DNA of 64,000 nucleotides from Candidatus Babelota bacterium (GTDB taxonomy: Bacteria; Babelota; Babeliae; Babelales; UASB340): assembly GCA_014730005.1 (NCBI GenBank), contig WJIY01000035.1, positions 8,997 to 72,996 on the forward strand, given 5' to 3'. Position numbers and translations under genes: made by a program. The notes under the pieces are model-generated. The model had not been told where the DNA came from. It worked only from the letters and a program-made list of their open reading frames with translations, and searched no databases. Of this stretch, positions 36,953-45,836 are shown in pieces; the first letter of the stretch is position 1, and every line of letters begins with the position of its first letter.

Positions 36953-38080
36953 CTATCTCCTAACCCTATGATCCATCGATCTTTTTTTCATATTTTCAAG
37001 CAATCTTTGCCTGATATCAGAAATAACTTTTTGTCGCTCAGGAGTTTGATGTTGTTTTTCAAATTTTTTAAGTTGTGCTTCTCGTTGCTGTTCAGAACTC
37101 ATTTTAAAACTCGGCACACCCTTAAGATCATCTTCTTTTGCAGATTCAATAAAAAACTGTTTTTTAGGCTTTTCTATTTCTGCTAATTTATAATTTATTT
37201 TTTTTTCATAATCATTTCTTTTTAATAGCAATTTAATTTCATCTCCCAACTGCATCTGCATAATATTATCATAAACTTTAATTCGGTTTTTATAATTCCT
37301 CAAATCCAGATCATTAATTGATAACAAAATATCATTTTTATTCAAACCAATAATAGATCCAATATCATTTGGTTCAATAATTCCAACCTTTATTCCAATA
37401 GCCTCTCCATCTTTATACGCTGTACTTAAATTCAATTCCTCTATTAAATTTCCCATAGTAGGTATTTTTTTAATAAATTCATTTGGATCAATTTCAAAAT
37501 TTTGCTCATCAATTTTTTTAATCACATATTGCCATTTATTTTTAGTTTGTTCATCTGGCGGCATTAATTCATCTTTTCTCAATAAATAAATTTCTTGTTG
37601 ACCATTTGCACGAAGAATTATAACCTTATTTTTTTCTATTTTTACAACCTGACCATCTTTTATTTTATCTGACAAATGATAAACCTTTTCCTTTCCTGTT
37701 TCATCGATTATCATTGCCACACTTTTATTTTCATTTGATGCAAAAACAATACCTTTAATAGATATATTTAAAGGATCTACAAATTCTTGTACTTGCACAG
37801 GAGGAGGAGGAACAAATTTTGGAGGTCGAAACTCCGGAACAGGCGTAATTAAACTTTTCTGCAATATCTGTTTTTCTTCAGGAGTAAAAGTATCAAACAA
37901 ATCTTGTTTATAAATTTTCGAAATATTAATCGCTATAGGTATTTTTTTTTTTTCAAATTCTTTAGTGATCGGTCTTACACTAAATATAGGCGGTTTTTGC
38001 TGTAAAATTATATTTAAAAACAGCATCATACCAAATATTAATAATAATGAACTATTTAAAACCCACAATGATAATCTCAT
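36953..38080 (-). CDS. GspC-like protein (TM, HR/PilP-like domain, PDZ domain)
   Basis: N-terminal TM and a Pro-rich linker (PPKFVPPPPVQ). The HR-type block is LNISIKGIVFASNENKSVAMIIDETGKEKVYHLSDKIKDGQVVKIEKNKVIILRANGQQEIYL. The C-terminal PDZ-like block is GIKVGIIEPNDIGSIIGLNKNDILLSINDLDL. Confidence 0.7.
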   Translation of the reverse strand: MRLSLWVLNSSLLLIFGMMLFLNIILQQKPPIFSVRPITKEFEKKKIPIAINISKIYKQDLFDTFTPEEKQILQKSLITPVPEFRPPKFVPPPPVQVQEFVDPLNISIKGIVFASNENKSVAMIIDETGKEKVYHLSDKIKDGQVVKIEKNKVIILRANGQQEIYLLRKDELMPPDEQTKNKWQYVIKKIDEQNFEIDPNEFIKKIPTMGNLIEELNLSTAYKDGEAIGIKVGIIEPNDIGSIIGLNKNDILLSINDLDLRNYKNRIKVYDNIMQMQLGDEIKLLLKRNDYEKKINYKLAEIEKPKKQFFIESAKEDDLKGVPSFKMSSEQQREAQLKKFEKQHQTPERQKVISDIRQRLLENMKKRSMDHRVRR

Positions 38081-38108
38081 ATCAAAATACCTTGTTTTAT
38101 AACACTTG

Positions 38109-38138
38109 AAGATAATTTTTGATTGTTTAAATTGTCAA
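38109..38138 (-). promoter_or_regulatory. Candidate internal promoter ahead of the gspC-like gene
   Basis: On the minus strand there is TTGACA (38138..38133), an 18-nt spacer, then TATCTT (38114..38109). This lies in the only sizeable gap (87 nt) of the block, and AAGG precedes the ATG. Confidence 0.3.
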
Positions 38139-38167
38139 GAAAATCCTGATACATTTAATATGATAGC

Positions 38168-39157
38168 TTATGGTGAAGGAATTGTTCTAAGTATCTTTTG
38201 TACAATCTGATCAGTGGTTACATTTTCAGCCTCAGCTTGATATGTAAGCAAAATTCTATGCCTTAAAACATCGGTAGCTATAGACTTAATATCATCAGGA
38301 ACAACAAAATGCCTTTGTTTTAAAAAAGCATATGCTTTTGCTGCATGATGTAATGTTAATGTAGCTCGAGGAGAAGCACCGTATTCAATAAGACTGCTTA
38401 CTTCTTCAAGTCCTGATATTTCTTTAGGAAATCTCGTCGCAAATACAATTTTCAAAATATATTCCACCACTTTTTCATCTATATAAATTTGTTCAACTAA
38501 CTTTTGACTCTCTCTAATCTCTTGTTTACCAATTACCTTATTTATTTCTTCGGGTTGAAAAACTTTTTCAATAATCAATCTTTCTTGTTCATATTCTGGA
38601 TATGTGATTAGCAATTTAAACATAAAACGATCAACTTGCGCTTCAGGCAATCTATATGTCCCTTCTTGTTCAATGGGATTTTGAGTGGCCAACACCAAAA
38701 AAGGAACTTCCAAATGATAAGTTTTATCTCCTATCGTTACCTGGTGTTCTTGCATTACTTGCAATAATGCGGATTGTACTTTTGCAGGTGCCCTATTTAT
38801 TTCATCAGCAAGCACTAAGTTTGCAAAAATCGGGCCTTTTTTTGTTTGAAATTCCTGAGTTTTTGGATTATAAATCAAGGTGCCAATTAAATCTGCAGGT
38901 AATAAATCGGGAGTAAATTGTATTCGTTTATATTCTAATCCAATAGCTTGCGCAATACATTTAATTAAGGTCGTTTTTGCCAAACCAGGAACACCCTCTA
39001 ATAAAATATGCCCATTACAAAGCAATCCAATAAATATACGTTCAACAATTTCATCTTGTCCAATAATACCTTTTCTTACTTCGTTTTTTAATGTATTCCA
39101 CCTAATGGCATGTTCTTTTATAATCTGTGTAATTTCTTGTGTATTTTCAGATCGCAT
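38168..39157 (-). CDS. MoxR-family AAA+ ATPase
   Basis: GHILLEGVPGLAKTTL, FTPDLLPADLIG and LADEINRAPAKVQSALLQVMQEHQVTI are classic MoxR blocks. The protein is 329 aa. Confidence 0.88.
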   Translation of the reverse strand: MRSENTQEITQIIKEHAIRWNTLKNEVRKGIIGQDEIVERIFIGLLCNGHILLEGVPGLAKTTLIKCIAQAIGLEYKRIQFTPDLLPADLIGTLIYNPKTQEFQTKKGPIFANLVLADEINRAPAKVQSALLQVMQEHQVTIGDKTYHLEVPFLVLATQNPIEQEGTYRLPEAQVDRFMFKLLITYPEYEQERLIIEKVFQPEEINKVIGKQEIRESQKLVEQIYIDEKVVEYILKIVFATRFPKEISGLEEVSSLIEYGASPRATLTLHHAAKAYAFLKQRHFVVPDDIKSIATDVLRHRILLTYQAEAENVTTDQIVQKILRTIPSP

Positions 39158-39169
39158 AAAAAATCCCCA

Positions 39170-40471
39170 TTAATTTTTACAATCTATTTTAAATTTCAAC
39201 ATCTTATCTTGTAACTGCAATTTAGTTAAATTTAATTTATTTGATACCTGCTTAATATCATAATGATTTTTTTTTATTTGATAAATTAAAAATTGTTTTT
39301 CAAATTCATCTTTCGCTTCATCTAAAGAATTAAAACTTAAAAATGATTGTTCTTCTATTATTTGTAATTTATTTTCAGGAATAAATTGGGACAACACTTG
39401 AGGACTTATAATTTCTATTTGATCTGTTGTAACTCTAACGATTTTATTTATAGTGGCTTCCAATTGTTCAACATTTCCAAACCAATTATAATTTCTCATA
39501 AATCTAATGCTCTGATTATTAAATAAAATATTTTTTTTATATTTTTTATTATATTTATTTAAAAAATAGTCAACTAGTAGTGGAATATCATATCTTCTTT
39601 TATTTAACGGGGGAATTTCAATAGGTGTTATATTTAATTTTAAAAATAAAGATTTACTAAATTTACCCTGTTGCATCAATTCAAATAATGAACAAGAAGC
39701 AGAAGCAACTATTCTTGTTTTTATACAACTTCTCTTTTCCAGTTTATAATCAAAATATTTTTGTAAATAAAATGACATTTTTTCAACATTTTTTAAAAAT
39801 AAAATACCGTTTTCATTACTCAATGCAGCTTCCATTTCTCTACAAACCTCTTGTTCACAAATATTTGTACCATTTATTAAAAAAAATTGCGAATCATCAA
39901 ATTTGTTTAATTTTTGTATAAATTTTATAAAAGTGGTCTTTCCACTTCCATGTTGTCCGTAAATCAATAATGGAAATGGTAAAAAGGCGACCTGTTTTAT
40001 TTGTTGAATTAATTCTAAAAATAAATAACTTTGACCAACAATTCCATATTCTTTTAAATCTTCAATTTCATCTTTTTTCAAAACTTTATTTGGATTTTCA
40101 TTATTTTTTTTAAGAAAACTTAGCTTTGATAAAATTTCATCAAGATTTAAAGGTTTTTCTATAAAGTCCAAAGCTCCTTTTTTGGTTGATTCTATTGCTA
40201 TAGGAATATTTCCAAATCCTGAAATCATAATAACTTTTTGTTGAGGATATTCTTTTTTTATTTTTTCAAGCAAGTCAATTCCATTACAATTTGGCATAAA
40301 AATATCCAATAAAACTAAATCTGGTAATAATTCACCAATTTTATCTAAAGCACAATTACCATTTTGCAAAGTTTGAACTCTATATCCTTCATCTTCTAAT
40401 GCTTCTTTTAAAGTCTTTAAAATAGTTATCTCATCATCAATTACTAATAAGAAAGGTTTTTGCTCTGTCAT
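39170..40471 (-). CDS. NtrC-family response regulator (REC, degenerate sigma-54-type AAA+, Fis-type HTH)
   Basis: The REC domain is intact (DD12-13, D56, S84, K106). The AAA+ core has Walker A GQHGSGKT, but ~16 aa spanning the GAFTGA loop are missing, Walker B reads LFLKNVEKM, and FREDL.YRL reads FSKSLFLKL. WFGNVEQLE and a C-terminal HTH are retained. Confidence 0.75.
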   Translation of the reverse strand: MTEQKPFLLVIDDEITILKTLKEALEDEGYRVQTLQNGNCALDKIGELLPDLVLLDIFMPNCNGIDLLEKIKKEYPQQKVIMISGFGNIPIAIESTKKGALDFIEKPLNLDEILSKLSFLKKNNENPNKVLKKDEIEDLKEYGIVGQSYLFLELIQQIKQVAFLPFPLLIYGQHGSGKTTFIKFIQKLNKFDDSQFFLINGTNICEQEVCREMEAALSNENGILFLKNVEKMSFYLQKYFDYKLEKRSCIKTRIVASASCSLFELMQQGKFSKSLFLKLNITPIEIPPLNKRRYDIPLLVDYFLNKYNKKYKKNILFNNQSIRFMRNYNWFGNVEQLEATINKIVRVTTDQIEIISPQVLSQFIPENKLQIIEEQSFLSFNSLDEAKDEFEKQFLIYQIKKNHYDIKQVSNKLNLTKLQLQDKMLKFKIDCKN

Positions 40472-40485
40472 AATAAAATTTCCAA

Positions 40486-41229
40486 TTATTTTGTTTTAAT
40501 AGGCCCCTGTTCCAAACCTCTTATAAATTGGTAAACATAAGGATTATCACATTCCCAAATAGTCTGTGCCGGTCCAGTATAAATTATTTTTCCTTCATGC
40601 AACATCGAAACAGTTTTAGCATATTTAAAAACCTCAATATCATGAGAAATTACAATACTGGTAGCATTTAAATCCTGGTGAGTTTTTTCAATGAGCTCAT
40701 GAATTAATCTAACTGTAATTGGATCTAAGCCTGTTGTAGGTTCATCGTACATAATAATTTGTGGTGTTAACATCAATGTTCTAGCTAATCCAACTCTTTT
40801 TTTCATACCGCCGGAAAGTTCTGCTGGATATTTTTCTAAAACATCTTCCTCTAGACCTACATTCTTTATTTTTTCAAGAACCAATGGTCTAACCTTTTCA
40901 GGATCTTCTCCTTCTTCTAATAATGTTATTCCAACATTTTGAAAAACATTTAACGAATCTAAAAGAGCTGCAAATTGAAAAACATATCCACATTTTTTAT
41001 AAATTTCATGAAGTTCTTCTTTATTTAACTTACTAATATCTTGATTATCAATTATAATTTGACCAGAATCTGGTTTTATTAAACCAATTATTTGTTTTAA
41101 AAGTACAGATTTACCTTCACCCGATCTTCCAATTATTGCCATAAAATCATGTCTTTTAATTTCAAGATCAAGGCCATCAGTTATAATTTTAGAATCAAAA
41201 GATTTTTTTAAATTTCTTATCTTTATCAT
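40486..41229 (-). CDS. mlaF: ABC transporter ATP-binding protein, MlaF-like
   Basis: GRSGEGKS Walker A, LSGGMKKRVGLARTL signature, IMYDEPTTGLD Walker B and a VISHD H-loop. It is paired with an MlaE-type permease. Confidence 0.8.
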   Translation of the reverse strand: MIKIRNLKKSFDSKIITDGLDLEIKRHDFMAIIGRSGEGKSVLLKQIIGLIKPDSGQIIIDNQDISKLNKEELHEIYKKCGYVFQFAALLDSLNVFQNVGITLLEEGEDPEKVRPLVLEKIKNVGLEEDVLEKYPAELSGGMKKRVGLARTLMLTPQIIMYDEPTTGLDPITVRLIHELIEKTHQDLNATSIVISHDIEVFKYAKTVSMLHEGKIIYTGPAQTIWECDNPYVYQFIRGLEQGPIKTK

Positions 41230-41238
41230 TAGGTATCT

Positions 41239-42015
41239 TTAAAACATAAGAGAAGTAAGAATATAATCAGCAACAAATATTGTAACATTTGCAATAACAA
41301 CACTTTGAGTTGTTGATATACCAACACCTCTAGCACCACCTCTTGTTGTATATCCCTTAAAGGCACAAATTAATGAAAATAAAAAACCAAAAAATACTGC
41401 TTTTATCAGCCCATTAGTAATATCAGATAAATGCACATTTTCTCTAATAGATTCCATATACAATTCAGAACTTATACCTAAAACATTTACGGACATAAAA
41501 TATCCAGCCCAAATTCCACACAATGAACAAAAAATAGAAAGAAACGGCAAAATTATAGTTGAAGATACAATTCTTGGAACAATCAAATACTGTTGTGTAT
41601 TTATACATAATGTTTTTAAAGCATCTATTTGTTCAGTAATTCGCATCGTTCCAATTTCAGCAGTCATTGCAGAACCAGCTCTTCCTATAACCATGATTGC
41701 AGTAAGAACCGGTCCAAATTCTCTTGTCATTGCTATAAATATTATTGGGCCAATAAAACGTTCTGCACCAAACCTATGTAAACCCTCATAACTTTGTACA
41801 GCCAAAACAGCACCTACAGTTATACCTATCAAAATAATTACACTTAAAGAACTAACGCCTATAAAATACATCTGATAAATTATTTTTTTTATTTTAGGTT
41901 TAGTTGAAAAAAGAGTAACTAAAGAATCATATAAAAATAAACCGACATTACCAACGTTATTACAAGCTTCTATTGAAACTTTCCCTATAAAATCAATGAT
42001 ATCAACAAACACCAT
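41239..42015 (-). CDS. mlaE: ABC transporter permease, MlaE-like
   Basis: REFGPVLTAIMVIGRAGSAMTAEIGTMRITEQIDAL is the MlaE/YrbE signature region. Confidence 0.8.
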   Translation of the reverse strand: MVFVDIIDFIGKVSIEACNNVGNVGLFLYDSLVTLFSTKPKIKKIIYQMYFIGVSSLSVIILIGITVGAVLAVQSYEGLHRFGAERFIGPIIFIAMTREFGPVLTAIMVIGRAGSAMTAEIGTMRITEQIDALKTLCINTQQYLIVPRIVSSTIILPFLSIFCSLCGIWAGYFMSVNVLGISSELYMESIRENVHLSDITNGLIKAVFFGFLFSLICAFKGYTTRGGARGVGISTTQSVVIANVTIFVADYILTSLMF

Positions 42016-42055
42016 TACTTTTTTCCCTTTTCTTGTAATGGTTTAATATATTTAA

Positions 42056-42385
42056 TTACTTTGGCTGCTGAATCGGTACAACATCCTTTTTTGCCTTCTC
42101 TTGAGTTTGTGTTATCGGTGAAGACTGTTTAATTCTGGTAGAACCGTATTCTTTATACTTTAAAATCGTTAATCCAAGTGCCCCTAAAATAAATAATGCA
42201 CCCATAACCCATGTTACTTTTTCAAAAAAATCTTGGCCGCCAGATCCACCAAATAACATTTGGCTTCCACCACCGAGACCACCTAATCCCATATCACCTT
42301 TGCCTTGCTGAATCAAAATTATGAATCCTAAAAGCACACATAAAATAATAAAAAGTATCATAAAAAAAATTACCATTTTTTTCAC
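42056..42385 (-). CDS. secG: Preprotein translocase subunit SecG
   Basis: LIQQGKGDMGLGGLGGGSQMLFGGSGGQDFFEKVTWVMGALF is the SecG Gly-rich loop between two TMs. The tpiA-secG arrangement supports the call. Confidence 0.88.
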   Translation of the reverse strand: MKKMVIFFMILFIILCVLLGFIILIQQGKGDMGLGGLGGGSQMLFGGSGGQDFFEKVTWVMGALFILGALGLTILKYKEYGSTRIKQSSPITQTQEKAKKDVVPIQQPK

Positions 42386-42422
42386 CTTCCTTTGTCAATA
42401 ATTTTTAATTATTTCAATTATT

Positions 42423-43193
42423 TTATAATTTTACTATTTTTTCAAATTCTTGGAAATCTAAACTTGCACCCCCTATCAAAAAACCATCTAAATTTGGGAT
42501 TTTTTTAAAATCAATAACATTTGATGAATCCACACTTCCACCATAAATCAATTTAAAGTTAATTTCAGAATACTTTTTTTTTGAATTTAAAAAAAGCCAA
42601 TCAAAAATTTTTTCTAAATCTTCTAATTTTGGTATTTTACCACTACCAATAGCCCAAATAGGTTCATATGCAATAAAAATAGATTTACCTACAAAAATAT
42701 TCAAATTTTTTTCTATTATGTCAAAAACATGTTTAAGTTGACATTTTAAAATATCAACAACCTTATCTAATTTTTTTGTCTTTTTTGGCTCACCAATACA
42801 AATTATAGGGGAAATTTGATTTTTGACTAATAAATCTGCCTTTAACGCAATATCTTTATCAGTTTGTTTTTCTTCTTTTCTAACTTCACTATGTCCAATA
42901 ATGCAATATTTACAATCAACTTCACTTAAACTAATAACAGATATTTGACTTGTAAAAGAACCTTTCAAATGTTTTGAACAATCTTGAGCACCTAATTGAA
43001 CTGAAGAATTATTAAATAATTTATTGATCGGATACAACCCAAGATAAGAAGGACATAAAATAATATCATGCTCCAGAGATAACTTTATAAAAGAATCTCT
43101 ATTTGTACCTGAAAAATAAATTTCATCATTTAGACTAAAGTTCATTTTCCAATTAGCTATGTAAAATAATTTTTTTTGATTTTTTTTTCTCAT
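42423..43193 (-). CDS. tpiA: Triosephosphate isomerase
   Basis: ANWKMN, IIGHSEVR, AYEPIWAIGSG and GGASL blocks are present. Confidence 0.92.
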   Translation of the reverse strand: MRKKNQKKLFYIANWKMNFSLNDEIYFSGTNRDSFIKLSLEHDIILCPSYLGLYPINKLFNNSSVQLGAQDCSKHLKGSFTSQISVISLSEVDCKYCIIGHSEVRKEEKQTDKDIALKADLLVKNQISPIICIGEPKKTKKLDKVVDILKCQLKHVFDIIEKNLNIFVGKSIFIAYEPIWAIGSGKIPKLEDLEKIFDWLFLNSKKKYSEINFKLIYGGSVDSSNVIDFKKIPNLDGFLIGGASLDFQEFEKIVKL

Positions 43194-43386
43194 AAAAATA
43201 TTTTTTTTAAAATAACTTTAATTAAACTTTGAGTACCTAACTATTAATGCTATGATTCAAGATAACTTAATTTAGATTTTTTTCTACCTTTGCCATTTAT
43301 AACAATCTAAGGTATGCCTTGACGAAAAGTGAATTTAAAGTAAGCTCAAAACTTGCATTTAACAAGGATTTTTTAAGAAAAACTTA

Positions 43387-44733
43387 TTGGTGTTAATAAT
43401 GTATAAAAACAAGTTAAGTTTAATTAATTTATTTTTATTAGCTAACATATTTTTATTAAAACATTCTCCTCTTTACTCAACACATAATACAAGTAAATAT
43501 TTTCCATTTCTCGAACGACCAGAGGAATATATTCTCCAAGGAAAATCTCATATTTCACCTGAAATATTTTACGTAAAAGCTTCTACTGCTTTTAAACGAG
43601 GTGGAGGTAATGGAGGTATTCCAGAGTTATGGGGCAGATATTATTTAAATGATGTGATTGCAAGCCTTCAAGAAGTCAAAGGCATTCCTAATCCAATAGA
43701 AATCGAACGAGGACCTAATAATAATTGGCTCAACAAATCTATTCGATTTAAAGTCAACGGAAAAATAAAAGCCATTGGTTTAATTTTAAATAATGAACAA
43801 ATTTTAAAAAATGGTTTTCAGATTGGAGCAAATATTCCATTTATGCACGTTAATTCAAGTCATAATTTTGCATTAGTTCCTCAAGATTCAGATTATGTAT
43901 TTCAAAATTTAAGAGATGGAGAAGCCTCCCAATTAGATAGAATAAGAAGACAAATAAATAAAGAACTTGGTTTAAATGGTGGAGATTGGATAAAAACAGG
44001 ATTTGGAGATTTAGATTTACATGCAAGATATAGTAAAGATTGGAATTATTTTTTAAAAATGAGAAAAATAAATTTTAATTTTCAAACAGGTTTTGTAGTC
44101 CCTACTGGTGTCAATTCTGATAATAATTATGCTTCATCCGTTTCTTATATGGGAAATGGACATTGGACGTGGTATCTTGATTTTGTACCCGAATTTGAGT
44201 TAAAACAAGATTGGAACTTGGGTTTTATGTTTGGTATGGCATATCAATTTGAAAATACACGCAAACTTCGAATTCCAGTATATCAAGAACCAGCAATTTT
44301 TAGTGCTTTAGTAACCAATGTTAAAATTGAACCTGGAATGACATTTAAGGTTTCGCCATATTTTACACTAGGAAATTTATCTGATGGCCTTGATTTTCAT
44401 GTACGCTATACTTATTTAAGACATAATAAAGACAAGTGGTATGATAAAAGAAATAATCCAACTATAAAAAGTTATTTAAATCAAGTACCGGGAAATGTTA
44501 TAGGTAGTACCACATTAACAGAAGAAAATATAAATAATAACATTAAAGAAAAGGAAAATTTATCTTTGTGGAGAGCACATTACATTACTTTGCAATTTTC
44601 TTATAATTCTAAAGAAGCAGGAAATAAATGGATCTTAGATCCAACGATTTATGCTCTTTTAGATTATCAATTTAGTGGTAATGGCTCTTGTAAAACTCAC
44701 CAGTTTAGTGTGGGTGTAGAGTTACATTTTTAA
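43387..44733 (+). CDS. Putative outer-membrane beta-barrel protein
   Basis: Signal peptide, alternating aromatic/hydrophilic segments and a C-terminal ...VGVELHF (terminal Phe, as in OMP sorting signals). The ORF-track start is TTG, but the ATG at 43399 (MYKNKLSL) is more likely. Confidence 0.5.
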   Translation: MVLIMYKNKLSLINLFLLANIFLLKHSPLYSTHNTSKYFPFLERPEEYILQGKSHISPEIFYVKASTAFKRGGGNGGIPELWGRYYLNDVIASLQEVKGIPNPIEIERGPNNNWLNKSIRFKVNGKIKAIGLILNNEQILKNGFQIGANIPFMHVNSSHNFALVPQDSDYVFQNLRDGEASQLDRIRRQINKELGLNGGDWIKTGFGDLDLHARYSKDWNYFLKMRKINFNFQTGFVVPTGVNSDNNYASSVSYMGNGHWTWYLDFVPEFELKQDWNLGFMFGMAYQFENTRKLRIPVYQEPAIFSALVTNVKIEPGMTFKVSPYFTLGNLSDGLDFHVRYTYLRHNKDKWYDKRNNPTIKSYLNQVPGNVIGSTTLTEENINNNIKEKENLSLWRAHYITLQFSYNSKEAGNKWILDPTIYALLDYQFSGNGSCKTHQFSVGVELHF

Positions 44734-44748
44734 TGTGAGGGAAACAAA

Positions 44749-45786
44749 ATGAAGTTTTGGCCCGCAACCAAGCTTTTTAGTTTTTTTTCAAACGATTTGG
44801 CAATAGATTTAGGAACAGCTAACACAGTAATATATGTAAAAAACCAAGGAATCATATTAGATCAACCTTCAGTAGTTGCAGTTAAATATTCTACTAACGA
44901 AGTTTTAGCCGCTGGAAATAAAGCCAAAAAAATGCTAGGAAAAACACCTGAAAGTATTGTTGCTTGTCGTCCAATGCGAGATGGAGTTATTGCAAATTTT
45001 GAACTAACAGAAAGCATGTTAAGATATTTTATAAGTGAGGTTCATAATAATCGCAAAACTTTAGTTCGTCCGCGAATGATTATAGGAGTTCCTTCAGGAA
45101 TTACTCAAGTAGAAAAAAGAGCGGTTGAAGATTCTGCAAAACAAGCAGGTGCTCGAGAAATTTACACAATTATGGAACCCATGGCAGCAGCTATAGGTTC
45201 TGGACTACCAGTAGAAGAGCCTACGGGAAATATGATAGTTGATATTGGAGGAGGTACTACAGAAGTTGCAATAATTTCATTAAAAGACGTTGTTTATTGT
45301 AAATCAGTACGCATTGGTGGCGATGAAATGGATCGTGCAATTGTTCAATATGTTAAGCGTAAATATAATTTACTAATCGGAGAAAAAACAGCAGAAGATA
45401 TAAAAATCAAAATTGGAACAGCAATGCTAACCGAAGAAGCAGCAAAAGAAGAAGTAAAAGGTCGAGATTTAATAACGGGTGTTCCAAAAACAATAACTTT
45501 ATCTGACGCAGAAGTATTCGAATCATTAACAGAGCCTATCTCAATAATTGTTGATGCAATTCATTCTGCGCTAGAAAATGCTCCACCAGAACTTTCTTCC
45601 GACCTTGTTGATCGTGGAATCATGATGGCTGGTGGAGGTGCTTTATTAAAAAATCTTGATGATTTAGTTTCAAAAGAAACTGGCTTGCCTGTAACGGTTG
45701 CAGATGATCCACTTTTATGCGTTGTACATGGTGCAGGAAAAGTTTTAGATGAATTAGATTTTTTCAAAGACGCTCTACTCAGATAA
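44749..45786 (+). CDS. mreB: Rod shape-determining protein MreB
   Basis: DLGTANTVIY, VDIGGGTTEVAIIS and MAGGGALL are the actin-fold phosphate and adenosine motifs. Confidence 0.95.
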   Translation: MKFWPATKLFSFFSNDLAIDLGTANTVIYVKNQGIILDQPSVVAVKYSTNEVLAAGNKAKKMLGKTPESIVACRPMRDGVIANFELTESMLRYFISEVHNNRKTLVRPRMIIGVPSGITQVEKRAVEDSAKQAGAREIYTIMEPMAAAIGSGLPVEEPTGNMIVDIGGGTTEVAIISLKDVVYCKSVRIGGDEMDRAIVQYVKRKYNLLIGEKTAEDIKIKIGTAMLTEEAAKEEVKGRDLITGVPKTITLSDAEVFESLTEPISIIVDAIHSALENAPPELSSDLVDRGIMMAGGGALLKNLDDLVSKETGLPVTVADDPLLCVVHGAGKVLDELDFFKDALLR

Positions 45787-45836
45787 ATGTCATTTTACTA
45801 TCAAAACAAAAACCCAAAATAAGGATCAATATAAAA

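Noticed and set aside
38656-39173. Plus-strand ORFs 38656..38916 and 38880..39173
   Set aside because: They are antisense to the MoxR ATPase gene, whose motifs are unambiguous.
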